28,885 nucleotides of DNA from a virus (IMGVR_UViG_3300042837_000036:1-28885), one strand, 5' to 3'. Positions 15,447 through 24,761 are shown, counted from the first letter of the stretch. Notes: generated by a model not told the origin, from the letters alone. Program-made: numbers and translations.

Positions 15447-17378
15447 ATGCCATTCGGGCGACAGCGGAGGGTCGTCGTCAATGACATGACTCCTGCTCCA
15501 CACCATGCTCCGGAGCAGAAATCTCTCGTCGCCGCCGCCGCCCGAATCTCTTTGCAGGGACAGCGCACCTGGCTGAACTACAGGTTCGGAGATAACACGT
15601 GGCAGGAAGAGTGCTGGCGACTGTACGACGTTATTGGGGAGCTGCGATTCGCGGCCTCGTGGGTTGGTTCTGCCTGCTCGCGAGTGCGAATCTACGTCGC
15701 GGACGTCGACAAGAACGGGCGCGTGCAGCAAGAGACCAAGAAGCCGAAAATCGCAGCTTTGTCGGACACCCTGTTTGGTGGACCTCCGGCGAAGGCAGAG
15801 GCGCTTCGTATGTTGGGGATCAACCTGACCGTGGCGGGCGATGCCTACATTGTGGGCAAGCAAGGTTCTGAGAGCGACCCGGATCAGTGGTTCGTGGTCT
15901 CCTGTTCGGAGTTCAAGCGGTACCGGGGGACACTAAGATATGAGTGGTCCGACGGAACCATGGGGTCGGTCGAAGACGGAGACCTTGTCATCCGTGTCTG
16001 GACCCCGCACCCCCGTCGACACATCTGGGCAGATTCGCCCGTACACGCTGCGATGCCCATGCTGTGGGAGATCGAGCGCCTCACCCGATACGTCTTTGCC
16101 CAGATCGACTCACGACTGGTGTCTGCCGGACTTCTGCCGATTCCAAAGGAAGCCTCGTTTGTAGATGACGACGAGGAGCTGACCGGTGCCGAGGGTCTGA
16201 CCGCTCACCTGTCCCGGGTCGGTGCGCTGTCACTGAAGGGTGAAGGCACCGCTGCTGGCGTCGTTCCCACTGTGGTGGAGATGCCGATGGAGGCGCTCGG
16301 GAAGATCCAGTTGGTGCAGTTCAATTCCGAACTGTCCCAGCAGGCCCGGGAACTGCGTCAGGAAGCGATCGCCCGGTTCGCTACTGCGATGGACTTTCCT
16401 CCCGAGGTGCTGGGTGGCACCGGACAGACCAATCACTGGTCCGCGTGGCACATCGAAGAGTCAGCGGTAAAGATCCACATCGAGCCACTGATGACCCGGA
16501 TCTGTGACGCCCTGACCACGGCCTACCTGCAGCCTGCACTGAAGCACCTGAAGGAAGACCCGGATCGGTTCATCTTCTGGTACGACACGGCACCGCTCAC
16601 CGTCCGCCCCGAGCGGCTGAAGGACACCCTGAACATGTACGAGAAGGGACTGGTCTCCAGGGAGACGGTCCTGATCGAGGGTGACTACAAACTGACCGAC
16701 GCACCGGACGACAAGGAAGACCTGATGCGGTTCACCCGCGAGGTCATCTTGCGGGACCCGAACCTGCTCCAGTCTCCAGCGTTGCGGAAAGTAGCCGGAT
16801 ACACAGAAGACGTGCTTCCTGCAGATGCTGTCGTAGCTCCGCCGCAGCAGCCGGGGGCTCCAGGTGCAGGTCCCCCGCCACCACCAGCCCCACCAACTGG
16901 AATCCAGCCGACTGGGCCAGCTCCTCTACCGCAAGGATCGACTGCAGAAGGAGCGCCAACTCCCGTTGAAGGTCCAGCGGTAGTGGCTGGGGCCACGGGA
17001 CAAGGTGTGCAGGTTCCGTCATCAGTTACCACCTTCGTCGTAGCTAATGCTGTCGCACTTCGGGCACTGGAAGTCGCGGGCAAGCGCCTGCTCACGCGTG
17101 ACCGTCGTAACGCGGTTACAGGAACACCTCCAGAAGAACTGCACACCCGTATCCGTGTCGAAGGTCCAGAACACGTAGGGAAGTTGCTGGCTGGCGCTTG
17201 GGACCATCTGACTGTCCTTGCCTTCCATCTGGGCATGGAGGCCACCGACGTGATGGCCCTTCGGAATACTCTCGATGGATATTGTACCCAACGACTTCTG
17301 CAGGGCAAGTCACACGACGCGGTAGCGCTCCGAGACGAGATGCAGGAGCGGGGGCTCCTCGATGTCCCGGTCGAGTGA
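15447..17378 (+). CDS. Portal protein
   Basis: WQ.E.W..YD.IGELRF...W....CSR.R.Y, NL.V.G..Y, RVW.PHPR, SRL.SAG.L and NHWSAW are motifs of an actinophage portal family. Located after TerL, with a Pro-rich linker. Confidence 0.9.
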   Translation: MPFGRQRRVVVNDMTPAPHHAPEQKSLVAAAARISLQGQRTWLNYRFGDNTWQEECWRLYDVIGELRFAASWVGSACSRVRIYVADVDKNGRVQQETKKPKIAALSDTLFGGPPAKAEALRMLGINLTVAGDAYIVGKQGSESDPDQWFVVSCSEFKRYRGTLRYEWSDGTMGSVEDGDLVIRVWTPHPRRHIWADSPVHAAMPMLWEIERLTRYVFAQIDSRLVSAGLLPIPKEASFVDDDEELTGAEGLTAHLSRVGALSLKGEGTAAGVVPTVVEMPMEALGKIQLVQFNSELSQQARELRQEAIARFATAMDFPPEVLGGTGQTNHWSAWHIEESAVKIHIEPLMTRICDALTTAYLQPALKHLKEDPDRFIFWYDTAPLTVRPERLKDTLNMYEKGLVSRETVLIEGDYKLTDAPDDKEDLMRFTREVILRDPNLLQSPALRKVAGYTEDVLPADAVVAPPQQPGAPGAGPPPPPAPPTGIQPTGPAPLPQGSTAEGAPTPVEGPAVVAGATGQGVQVPSSVTTFVVANAVALRALEVAGKRLLTRDRRNAVTGTPPEELHTRIRVEGPEHVGKLLAGAWDHLTVLAFHLGMEATDVMALRNTLDGYCTQRLLQGKSHDAVALRDEMQERGLLDVPVE

Positions 17379-18078
17379 CGAACAGGGACTGTTGTCCATC
17401 GTCACTTCATCCTTGAAGTCCTGGCTGTCCCGTACCCGAGACGCAGTCATGCGTCCCTGGCGCAGTTACAAGATCGCTCCAGATCCCAGCGGCGTGTACA
17501 CCGTGCCCTGGGACCCTGAGGCGGAGACCATCCTCTCCGAAATCGGGAAGATCTCCTTTCGTGCCTGGTCTCAGGCCACCGATGTGCCAGTGGTGTCCAG
17601 GCACGCGTTCGTTGTGAGCCAACTTGCCCAGACAAGGAACTTCCTGGTCCGGATTCCCGAAGAGGCTTACAACCTGGTCTTCGCCGCCGCCTTGGATGCG
17701 GTCAACGGTGGCGGAGACCAAGCCGCCATAGCTGAGGCTGTGCAACGGGTTCTGGACTGGACCGGGTCCGAGTACTGGCCCAATCGGGCCCATGTGATCG
17801 CTATGACTGAGACCACCCGGGCCTACGGTGCCGGGACCCTGGCGGCCGGCATGGAACAGTCCCGGGTTACCGGAAAGCTGCTCGCCAAGACCTGGAAGAC
17901 GGAAGAGGATCAGCGTGTCCGAGTCACCCACCGCCGGGTCAACGACATGACGATTCCGTTGACTGCCATGTTTCCGGTCGGTGCTGACCTGATGCTTTAC
18001 CCCTGCGACCCTCTAGCATCAGTAGACGAAGTAGCAGGTTGCCGCTGCGATCTGGTCATAGTGGACGGTATCGGATGA
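17362..18078 (+). CDS. MuF-like minor head protein
   Basis: RA..IA.TE..RAY, K.W....D.RVR.TH and C-terminal L.YP.DP......GCRC; directly after the portal. Confidence 0.88.
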   Translation: MSRSSDEQGLLSIVTSSLKSWLSRTRDAVMRPWRSYKIAPDPSGVYTVPWDPEAETILSEIGKISFRAWSQATDVPVVSRHAFVVSQLAQTRNFLVRIPEEAYNLVFAAALDAVNGGGDQAAIAEAVQRVLDWTGSEYWPNRAHVIAMTETTRAYGAGTLAAGMEQSRVTGKLLAKTWKTEEDQRVRVTHRRVNDMTIPLTAMFPVGADLMLYPCDPLASVDEVAGCRCDLVIVDGIG

Positions 18079-18560
18079 GATACCTTTCGCTTCTTTCGTT
18101 GATAATAATCACGATATCTGGCACGTTCCTTCTCAAGGTTCCGGGCCCGATAAGCAGCGCCCGATTTACGCTTAGACTCTCTGCTGCAAAGAAGGCATTC
18201 CCTTTGACCTCGATTATCTGTCTTAACATTTTTAGGATCAGTTATATCGTGAAGGCCCGATTTACAGGTAGTCCTATTGGCGTAGAGAACCTTTCCCCTG
18301 ATGAGATTTACGTACGGAGAAACGGGCTCCAAGTGATCTGGGTTAACACACGAAGGAACCTTGCAAAGATGATCGAGGCATTGTCCAGCAGGAATAGATC
18401 TTCCAGATCTCAGGAAAAAGGCTCGATGGGCAAGTGTGGTGCCGTAGTGAACTGCGGAGATCTTGCCGTATCCCTTGGGGTTGACGGGTCCCGTCCAGAG
18501 CCAGCAGCCTCTATCATCAACTTCGTACCTGGTCCAGTTGGACCAACCTTTCCCACGCAT
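17997..18560 (-). CDS. Free-standing HNH endonuclease inserted antisense in the head operon
   Basis: GCWLWTG....GYG ... AHR ... LDHLC....CVNPDHLEPV....N followed by a C..G.H ... REC..C zinc finger. Lower GC than its flanks. Confidence 0.88.
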   Translation of the reverse strand: MRGKGWSNWTRYEVDDRGCWLWTGPVNPKGYGKISAVHYGTTLAHRAFFLRSGRSIPAGQCLDHLCKVPSCVNPDHLEPVSPYVNLIRGKVLYANRTTCKSGLHDITDPKNVKTDNRGQRECLLCSRESKRKSGAAYRARNLEKERARYRDYYQRKKRKVSHPIPSTMTRSQRQPATSSTDARGSQG

Positions 18561-18594
18561 GGGTTCCAGGTTACCTTATGGGGGGCGGTTTGAG

Positions 18595-20742
18595 ATGTCT
18601 GATCCGAATCCCGCAAGAGGTATGCCGGCACAGCTGCAGCGTTATTGGTTGCTCGGCAAAGGAGCCGCCAAGATCCGGTGGAATACGCCGGGTGATTTCA
18701 AACGGTGCGTGCGAGCACTGGCCTCCAAGTTCCCGAAGAACCCCGAAGGCCTGTGCAACATTCTGCACACCAAGGCCACCGGAGGTCCGCCGGGACACGG
18801 GTCCGCTGAGCAGGCCCTGACTGCAGCTTCCAGGGCCCTGTTCAACATGCAGGAACTCGGCCCCATGTGGGTGGGACCGTTGGCACCGATCAACCGGCCG
18901 ACCGGTGAACCGCATCAGCAGCGACTGTTCGAGCCCGGAGCTTTGGATGCCAGATCACTGCCCCTGCCGCTGGCGTTCCGGAAAGTGTCAACCCCGCAGG
19001 GGCACGCCGGTTCCGTCACTGTGGGCCGGATCCTCGGCACCACCATCGGTCCCGACCATGAGGGCCGGGACTTTGCCTGGGGCTGGGGTGACTGGATGTC
19101 AGAAGACATCGTCCCCGAGGTCAAAGAAGCTCGCTACTTGAACTCTCAAGGAGTTCTTGGTCCATCACTGGACCCCGGTGGTCCGGTGATCGGCACGATG
19201 AACCCGGACACCGGTGTCGTTCACTTCTCCCGGTACACGATGGGTGGCGCGACGCTGGTCGCTATCCCGGCATTCACGGACCTGCGACTGTTTGACGTCA
19301 ACGATGCCGGTGACTGGGACGACGATGAGGACATGCTCGATCCTGGCTTCGACGGCGACCCGGACTACGACCCGAGTGACTGTGGCTGCGGGAGCTACAC
19401 CACGGAGCCGGAACTGTTCGAGTTCGCAGTGACCCCGCACGGCTGGAAGGGTATGCCACTGGCACCCCGGGAAGCCGTCTTCGACAACGACGATGCGGTA
19501 CGCCGGATTACCGCCTGGGCTTCTGGTGGCGGTCAACCGGACCCGAAACTGATGGGAAAGATGTTCATGTGGAGGGATGCCCGGCTACCCCCCACCGATC
19601 CCACCGCGTACCGGCTGCCGTACGGGGACATCGTTTCTGGCCGGCCAACGATGGTTTACCACGCCATTTACGCGGCTGCGGCACTTCTCTCCGGTGCCCA
19701 CGGTGGCCTACCGAACATTCCGGACGAGGAAAAGAACCAGCTTCGGGGAGTCATCTCCGAGATCTACCCCGAAATGGCCAAGGCCTTCGGGGACCAGAAC
19801 ATCCGTGCCCCATGGGACCGTCCAGCAAATGTGACAGCTAGAGAACAAGGAGGAGACTTCGCCATGACCGAAGGGAATGGGTACCCCGTGTACCCGCCGA
19901 AAGCTTGGTTCGACAAGCCGAACCTGGAGAAGTTGACTCCGCTGACGATTGACGCGGACGGTCGCGTGTATGGACACCTGGCCGCCTGGGACACCTGTCA
20001 TCGGGACGTGAGTCAGAACTCTTGCATGCTGGCACCGAGGACGCAGAAGGACTATGAACCTTTCCACCTTGGCACCGTGTTCACTGCTGAGGGGGACTCG
20101 ATCCGTGTCGGAAAGATCGTCATGGATACACGGCACGCAAGCATCAACCTTAATTACCGTGCCGCTGCGATCCACTACGACGACACCGGTGACGAAGTTG
20201 CTGTCGTTCGTGCCTACGAGGACCAGTTCGGACCAGTGCTGGCTGGTGCAGTAGTACCCGAAGCGGATGAGCGCAAGGTGGCCAAACTACGTCGCAGTCC
20301 CCTGTCGGGGGACTGGCGGGCGGTGGACGGAAACCTGGAACTTACCGCTGCTCTAGCCGTCAACGTCCCGGCGTTCCCCGTGTTCAGCATGGACGGGGAT
20401 GAGCGTCTCGCACTCGTTGCCGCCGGTACTGTGATCATCGATCCCGACGATGTCGAGTTCGAAAGCCTGGAAGAGGAGTTCTCCGTGAAAGACGACGAGG
20501 CGCAGGAAGACCGGGCGTGGGAGCTGCGCCAGATCGACGAAGACCACGACAACTGGAACCAGTGGAACCGGGCCCGGCAGCTGTACCAGTTCGCTGTCGA
20601 CACCGGGCAGCCGCTACCCGCCGACCCTGGTGGTGACCCGATCTACGGGGACCAGGCGATCGCGGCACGGCAGGCTGACGCGCAGTTCCAGGTCATGGAG
20701 GACACGGGAGCAGGGACCGAGAAGACTCCCGTAGCGGCCTAG
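18595..20742 (+). CDS. Multidomain capsid maturation protease
   Basis: Start at MSDPNPARG. N-terminal RYW..GKGAAKIRW.TPGDF.RC domain, protease-like core (LPLPL ... VGRI ... GPSLD ... GATLVAIPAF) and C-terminal PP..WF..P ... GRVYGHLA.W..CH ... LSGDWR domain. Located between MuF and the capsid gene. Confidence 0.8.
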   Translation: MSDPNPARGMPAQLQRYWLLGKGAAKIRWNTPGDFKRCVRALASKFPKNPEGLCNILHTKATGGPPGHGSAEQALTAASRALFNMQELGPMWVGPLAPINRPTGEPHQQRLFEPGALDARSLPLPLAFRKVSTPQGHAGSVTVGRILGTTIGPDHEGRDFAWGWGDWMSEDIVPEVKEARYLNSQGVLGPSLDPGGPVIGTMNPDTGVVHFSRYTMGGATLVAIPAFTDLRLFDVNDAGDWDDDEDMLDPGFDGDPDYDPSDCGCGSYTTEPELFEFAVTPHGWKGMPLAPREAVFDNDDAVRRITAWASGGGQPDPKLMGKMFMWRDARLPPTDPTAYRLPYGDIVSGRPTMVYHAIYAAAALLSGAHGGLPNIPDEEKNQLRGVISEIYPEMAKAFGDQNIRAPWDRPANVTAREQGGDFAMTEGNGYPVYPPKAWFDKPNLEKLTPLTIDADGRVYGHLAAWDTCHRDVSQNSCMLAPRTQKDYEPFHLGTVFTAEGDSIRVGKIVMDTRHASINLNYRAAAIHYDDTGDEVAVVRAYEDQFGPVLAGAVVPEADERKVAKLRRSPLSGDWRAVDGNLELTAALAVNVPAFPVFSMDGDERLALVAAGTVIIDPDDVEFESLEEEFSVKDDEAQEDRAWELRQIDEDHDNWNQWNRARQLYQFAVDTGQPLPADPGGDPIYGDQAIAARQADAQFQVMEDTGAGTEKTPVAA

Positions 20743-20801
20743 CCGCAGTACTCCTATATCTGGAGTCCCTGGGACCTGAAACCGCAGAACGAAGGTGAAC
20801 G

Positions 20802-23800
20802 ATGGGGGTCGGAGACTCCTGGGGGACACAGGAACAGCTTCTCCACCCCCGTGACAGTCACGGCCGCTTCCGCAACACGTGGAAGATGGCCGCTGGTGTC
20901 GTGGAGAAGTTGCTCGCGACCCTGTCGTCGTTCAATCCTAAGACGTTCGCCAGCGACCAGGAAGCCGGCAACTACGTTTACGGCCTGTCCCGCAGTAACC
21001 GTCACCTGACCAACCGGGGACCGGCGATTGACCGGTTTCTGAAGGGCTACAGCAAGGTCAATGCGGATCTGCGTGCCGGGAAACCGAACGGGGATGCCGC
21101 CACCATCGACAAGGGAATGTCCCCGCTCCCCGATGACCTGATTCTGTCCCGGGTGGTTGGCCCGGAAGCGTTCGGTCTCACGCCACAGAACGTGGGCCAG
21201 GTCGAGGAGCTGACCGGGAAGCTGATCTCGGACAAGGGCTTTTCCTCCACCAACATCGGTACCCCGATGCCTCACGGTGCTGGGCAGATCACCATGTCCA
21301 TCGCCACCCCGAAGGGCACCAAGGCACTCGTTCCGTCCACCGGAACACCGACCCGGGAAGTCATCCTCGGCCGGGATCAGCCGCTACGGATCACCAAGGT
21401 GGATTCCGACGGACAAGGAGGCTTCTATGTCTATGCGGTGGCGTCCGGTGACAGTGAAAGTAAAAAGCCTGTCGACATCGGAAAGGCAATCCCGGGGGAC
21501 GGTGTACAGGAGCAGGGGCCCGAAGTCACCCCGACTCCGGAGGTGGGCGCTGGGCCTACTGGCCCTGTCCCTGGAGGGGGCCCGGGCCGTCCGCCCGGCC
21601 CTGGACCCGGAGAGCGTAACGACGGGCACGTCGGGGTCGTCGGACAGGGTAAGCCGGGTGGCGAAGGGGAAGTAACCGGTGAGGTTGTTCCTGATCTTCC
21701 GCCGGGACCGGAGGAGGGAACTGACTCCCGGAACACGTTCCGTGCCGCGTTCGAGGAAGCCCAGCTGAAGATGCCGACGGTAGGTAACCGTCGTAAGGAG
21801 TTCACTGACGCGTATCTGGGGGTGGCTTCGGGGAAGAAGACCCCACAGCAAGCCGTCAACGATCTTGACAACGCGATCACGGTGAACAAGCGGATCCTGG
21901 CCTCAGATGCCGAAGACGGCACCGACTCCGGTCCCCTCGGCGAGGACATCAAGCGGCAGGAAGTGCTCTCTGACCTGATCAAGGAGCACTTCAACTTCAC
22001 CGGACGCACGGACTTCAAAGCTACCGAGAAGACCACCTCGGAACAGAAGCGTAAGCAGGCCCAGAAACTTGTCGAAGGTGGCTCCGGGGACGCGACCGAG
22101 GACCGGAAGCGTCGGCTTGAAGCGGAGAAGTTGACCGGCGAAGCCGACCGAGAAGACCGCGTCAAGAAGGCTGCCGCCAAGAAAGCTGCCGCCAAGAAAG
22201 CGGTCCCGGCAAGGAAGGCAGTCGCCAAGAAAGCCGTATCCAGTGACGAGAAGAACGCTCCTGGTGACGTCGACAAGATGACGATCCCGCAGCTGCGGGA
22301 GGAAGCCAAGCGGCAGGACAAGAAGATCCCCTCCTCGGCACGTCGCAAGGCTGACATCGTTGCGTTCCTGAAGGGCGACCAGAGAGGACCAGAGACTCCC
22401 GCCAAGAGGGTTACCGCAAAGAAGGCTGTGCCGGAGGTCAAGGGCACCCCGGACCTTGATGAGGCGTACAAGAAGACCACCGTTACCCAGTTGCGTGCTG
22501 ACGCGAAGGCCAACAACATCGAGGTGCCGAAGAACCTGCGACTGAAGCGGGACATCTTTGACCACGTGACGAAGGAACTGGCCCGCCGCGAGCTGGAGAA
22601 GCGCTCCGGTGGCGAGAAGAAGACCGTCACTGAGAAGGTGACGCCGAAGACAGGAACCGGTAAACCAACCTGGGGCACCCTGAAGTCAAAGGGACTCAAG
22701 TCCGGCGACATAGCCATGTACCACGGCCAGGACCGGAAGAACCCCACAACCGAAGGTCGCGAAGTTCGTATCGAGGGCATTCCAGGCACAGGTTACTATC
22801 TTGTGGACACAGAAACTGGTAAGCAGATCGATGCCGGTGGCTGGGCCCACCGGTCTTGGCTTTCCGAAGTTCCCAGTGGCGAGAAGAAGTCCCCGGAAGT
22901 TAAGTCTCCAGCCAAGAAGGCCACGGCTGGTAACGCTCCTGGACCTGAGTCGGAGAAGGTTACCGCAGCGAAACTCGCCGAAGAGCGGCGCGTGGCCAAC
23001 GAAAAAGCAATCCAGGAACGTCGCGAGGCTCGGGAAAAGGTTGCTGCCGCCAAGAAGCAGGAACAGGAAGCGGAACGGACCCGCAAGGCTGCCGAACGGG
23101 AACAGGTCAAGCTTCGGCGGGACCAGGAACGTGAGACCGAGAAGCTACGTAAGCAGCAGGAGCGGAAGCAGGCCCGCCTGGACAAGCAAAAGGAACATGA
23201 GTTCCGGCAGGCTGAGGAGGAGCGTAAGCGGTTCCTAGAGACGGTTCAGGACTTCGACAAGTTGACCGGCAAGCAGTGGACCGTAAGTGCTCTGCGCTAT
23301 GTGGCTGCCAGCGAAGGCATCAAGATCCCGAGAGATCTCCGGTACCGGTCAGAGATTCGTGACCACATCGTCAAGGAACGCGTTCGCCTGCATGCGGAGA
23401 AATGGGCGGAGATCAAGTCTCGGCGACAGTTGCTGGATGAGGCAGACACGAAAGGGATCTTCGTTCCTTACAAGATAGGTTCAGGCAACGAAAAGGACCT
23501 TTCCCAGTACATCGCCGAGTCTCAGCAGATTGTCGCTGACCTGGGTATCGACCCGAAGACGTACCTGCCGAAACGTGAGTTCCATGGTCACTTCGAGGGC
23601 GGGGACACCAATCCCAATCACCCGTATGTGATCCGGGACTTCACCACGAACACTGGATACACAATCAAGTTCGGTGTCGCAGTCCGCAAGAACGGTATCG
23701 AATATCTCGTCGAGACCGATCACACCATGAAGCAGCGGAACCATCCGTACCACGTCGCTCGCATCGTCAAAGAGATCGAAGACATCCACCAATCTCTGCC

Positions 23801-24404
23801 GGACGCCGACAAGTATCAGCGCAGGTACGCCTGGAACCTGGGCCGCAATCCCGGCGACGAGTACTGGGCCAAACAGTTCAACAACCCGAACCATCGGTCA
23901 CTCGCCTCAGCAGGTAACGGACACGTCAACATCTGGGATCAGGAATCCTGGGGAGAAACCCCCAAGGCTTTCGGGGACACGCTCAGTCACGAATATGGTC
24001 ACAACGTCGACGGTCATGGCGAAATGGACCGAAGTGGCTGGGTCAGCAACCGTTACCAGTGGCAAAGGGCAGCCACCCGGGACGGGGAACGTAACAGTCA
24101 GACCAGGTCCCTGGAAGGTTTCACGCCCAGCGTCAGAGGAGTGGCTCACCGCACCGACGTCAGTCACGACCCGAAACGGGCATGGGAGTTCGGCGTATCT
24201 GCGTACGGCAAGTCTTCAGCGCAGGAAGATTTCGCTGAATCCATCGCCCAGTACATGGCAATGGTTTCGCTGGGACGCACCCGGGATGGCAAGGAATGGT
24301 ACTTCTGGGACCTGTTCCCGGAGCGTGCCAGGCTCCTGGAACAGCTTCTCCCGGAACTGAAGCGACGCCGGGAAGCGCTTATGGCTTCTCAGCGACAGGC
24401 TTAG
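20802..24404 (+). CDS. Head-associated multidomain effector: VIP2-like ADP-ribosyltransferase, HeH/Rho_N-like repeats and zincin metallopeptidase
   Basis: N-terminal LHPRD.HGRF motif. ART-like Y..VN..LR / LSRVV / DKGFSST / TREVIL at ~21030-21445. KKAAAKK repeats, three T..[QA]LR..A...I/V-P..R....I repeats and a coiled coil. HEYGH (23988-24002) and VSAYG....EDFAES (~24195-24242). Confidence 0.8.
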   Translation: MGVGDSWGTQEQLLHPRDSHGRFRNTWKMAAGVVEKLLATLSSFNPKTFASDQEAGNYVYGLSRSNRHLTNRGPAIDRFLKGYSKVNADLRAGKPNGDAATIDKGMSPLPDDLILSRVVGPEAFGLTPQNVGQVEELTGKLISDKGFSSTNIGTPMPHGAGQITMSIATPKGTKALVPSTGTPTREVILGRDQPLRITKVDSDGQGGFYVYAVASGDSESKKPVDIGKAIPGDGVQEQGPEVTPTPEVGAGPTGPVPGGGPGRPPGPGPGERNDGHVGVVGQGKPGGEGEVTGEVVPDLPPGPEEGTDSRNTFRAAFEEAQLKMPTVGNRRKEFTDAYLGVASGKKTPQQAVNDLDNAITVNKRILASDAEDGTDSGPLGEDIKRQEVLSDLIKEHFNFTGRTDFKATEKTTSEQKRKQAQKLVEGGSGDATEDRKRRLEAEKLTGEADREDRVKKAAAKKAAAKKAVPARKAVAKKAVSSDEKNAPGDVDKMTIPQLREEAKRQDKKIPSSARRKADIVAFLKGDQRGPETPAKRVTAKKAVPEVKGTPDLDEAYKKTTVTQLRADAKANNIEVPKNLRLKRDIFDHVTKELARRELEKRSGGEKKTVTEKVTPKTGTGKPTWGTLKSKGLKSGDIAMYHGQDRKNPTTEGREVRIEGIPGTGYYLVDTETGKQIDAGGWAHRSWLSEVPSGEKKSPEVKSPAKKATAGNAPGPESEKVTAAKLAEERRVANEKAIQERREAREKVAAAKKQEQEAERTRKAAEREQVKLRRDQERETEKLRKQQERKQARLDKQKEHEFRQAEEERKRFLETVQDFDKLTGKQWTVSALRYVAASEGIKIPRDLRYRSEIRDHIVKERVRLHAEKWAEIKSRRQLLDEADTKGIFVPYKIGSGNEKDLSQYIAESQQIVADLGIDPKTYLPKREFHGHFEGGDTNPNHPYVIRDFTTNTGYTIKFGVAVRKNGIEYLVETDHTMKQRNHPYHVARIVKEIEDIHQSLPDADKYQRRYAWNLGRNPGDEYWAKQFNNPNHRSLASAGNGHVNIWDQESWGETPKAFGDTLSHEYGHNVDGHGEMDRSGWVSNRYQWQRAATRDGERNSQTRSLEGFTPSVRGVAHRTDVSHDPKRAWEFGVSAYGKSSAQEDFAESIAQYMAMVSLGRTRDGKEWYFWDLFPERARLLEQLLPELKRRREALMASQRQA

Positions 24405-24537
24405 GTTCGGAACGGTGCAGGATCGTGTGGGTTCCGTCGACGCTGACAACTTCGATAACGTCTGCTTTGTCGGCACCGTCCACCGGGTTGCCCTGCTTGT
24501 CGAAGTAGTAGATCGTTTCGCCTTCGTGTGTCGTCAT
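24379..24537 (-). CDS. Small antisense protein (52 aa), candidate immunity or inhibitor partner
   Basis: MTTHEGETIYYFDKQGNPVDGADKADVIEVVSVDGTHTILHRSEPKPVAEKP. TACCAT lies 6 nt before the ATG, and the 3' end overlaps the effector gene by 26 nt. Confidence 0.6.
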   Translation of the reverse strand: MTTHEGETIYYFDKQGNPVDGADKADVIEVVSVDGTHTILHRSEPKPVAEKP

Positions 24538-24571
24538 GCTTAAATGGTACAACGGGACTTGAGGAGGAGCT

Positions 24572-24727
24572 ATGCCCTGCGCATGCGGCGGATCCGGTAA
24601 CGACGCAACTGCCGAGTACGAGGTTCGCCTCGCTGACGGCAGCACCAAGATCGTCAAAGGCAAGGTGGAAGCCGAGATGGCAATCACCGCCGCCGGCGGC
24701 GGGTCCATTATCAAAAAGGTGGTATAA
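24572..24727 (+). CDS. Small protein (51 aa; not in the supplied ORF track)
   Basis: Strong SD GAGGAGGAG. Sequence MPCACGGSGNDATAEYEVRLADGSTKIVKGKVEAEMAITAAGGGSIIKKVV*. Similar CxC microproteins precede capsid genes in related actinophages. Confidence 0.75.
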   Translation: MPCACGGSGNDATAEYEVRLADGSTKIVKGKVEAEMAITAAGGGSIIKKVV

Positions 24728-24728
24728 C

Positions 24729-24761
24729 GAAAGGCCCCAGAGTGGACACCTGGGGCCTTTT
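24729..24761 (+). terminator. Intrinsic terminator
   Basis: AAAGGCCCCAG-agtggacac-CTGGGGCCTTTT directly after the stop at 24727. Confidence 0.8.

Noticed and set aside
18039-18593. 184-aa plus-strand ORF co-oriented with the head operon
   Set aside because: It overlaps the HNH gene, which has clear catalytic motifs on the minus strand, and shows no recognisable features itself.
22160-22240. GCTGCCGCCAAGAA tandem repeats
   Set aside because: They are explained by the protein-level KKAAAKK repeats and are not a DNA repeat array.
21431-22789. 452-aa minus-strand ORF
   Set aside because: It is the antisense shadow of the Lys/Ala/Glu-rich part of the 1200-aa gene; its F/L/S-rich composition is the expected artefact.
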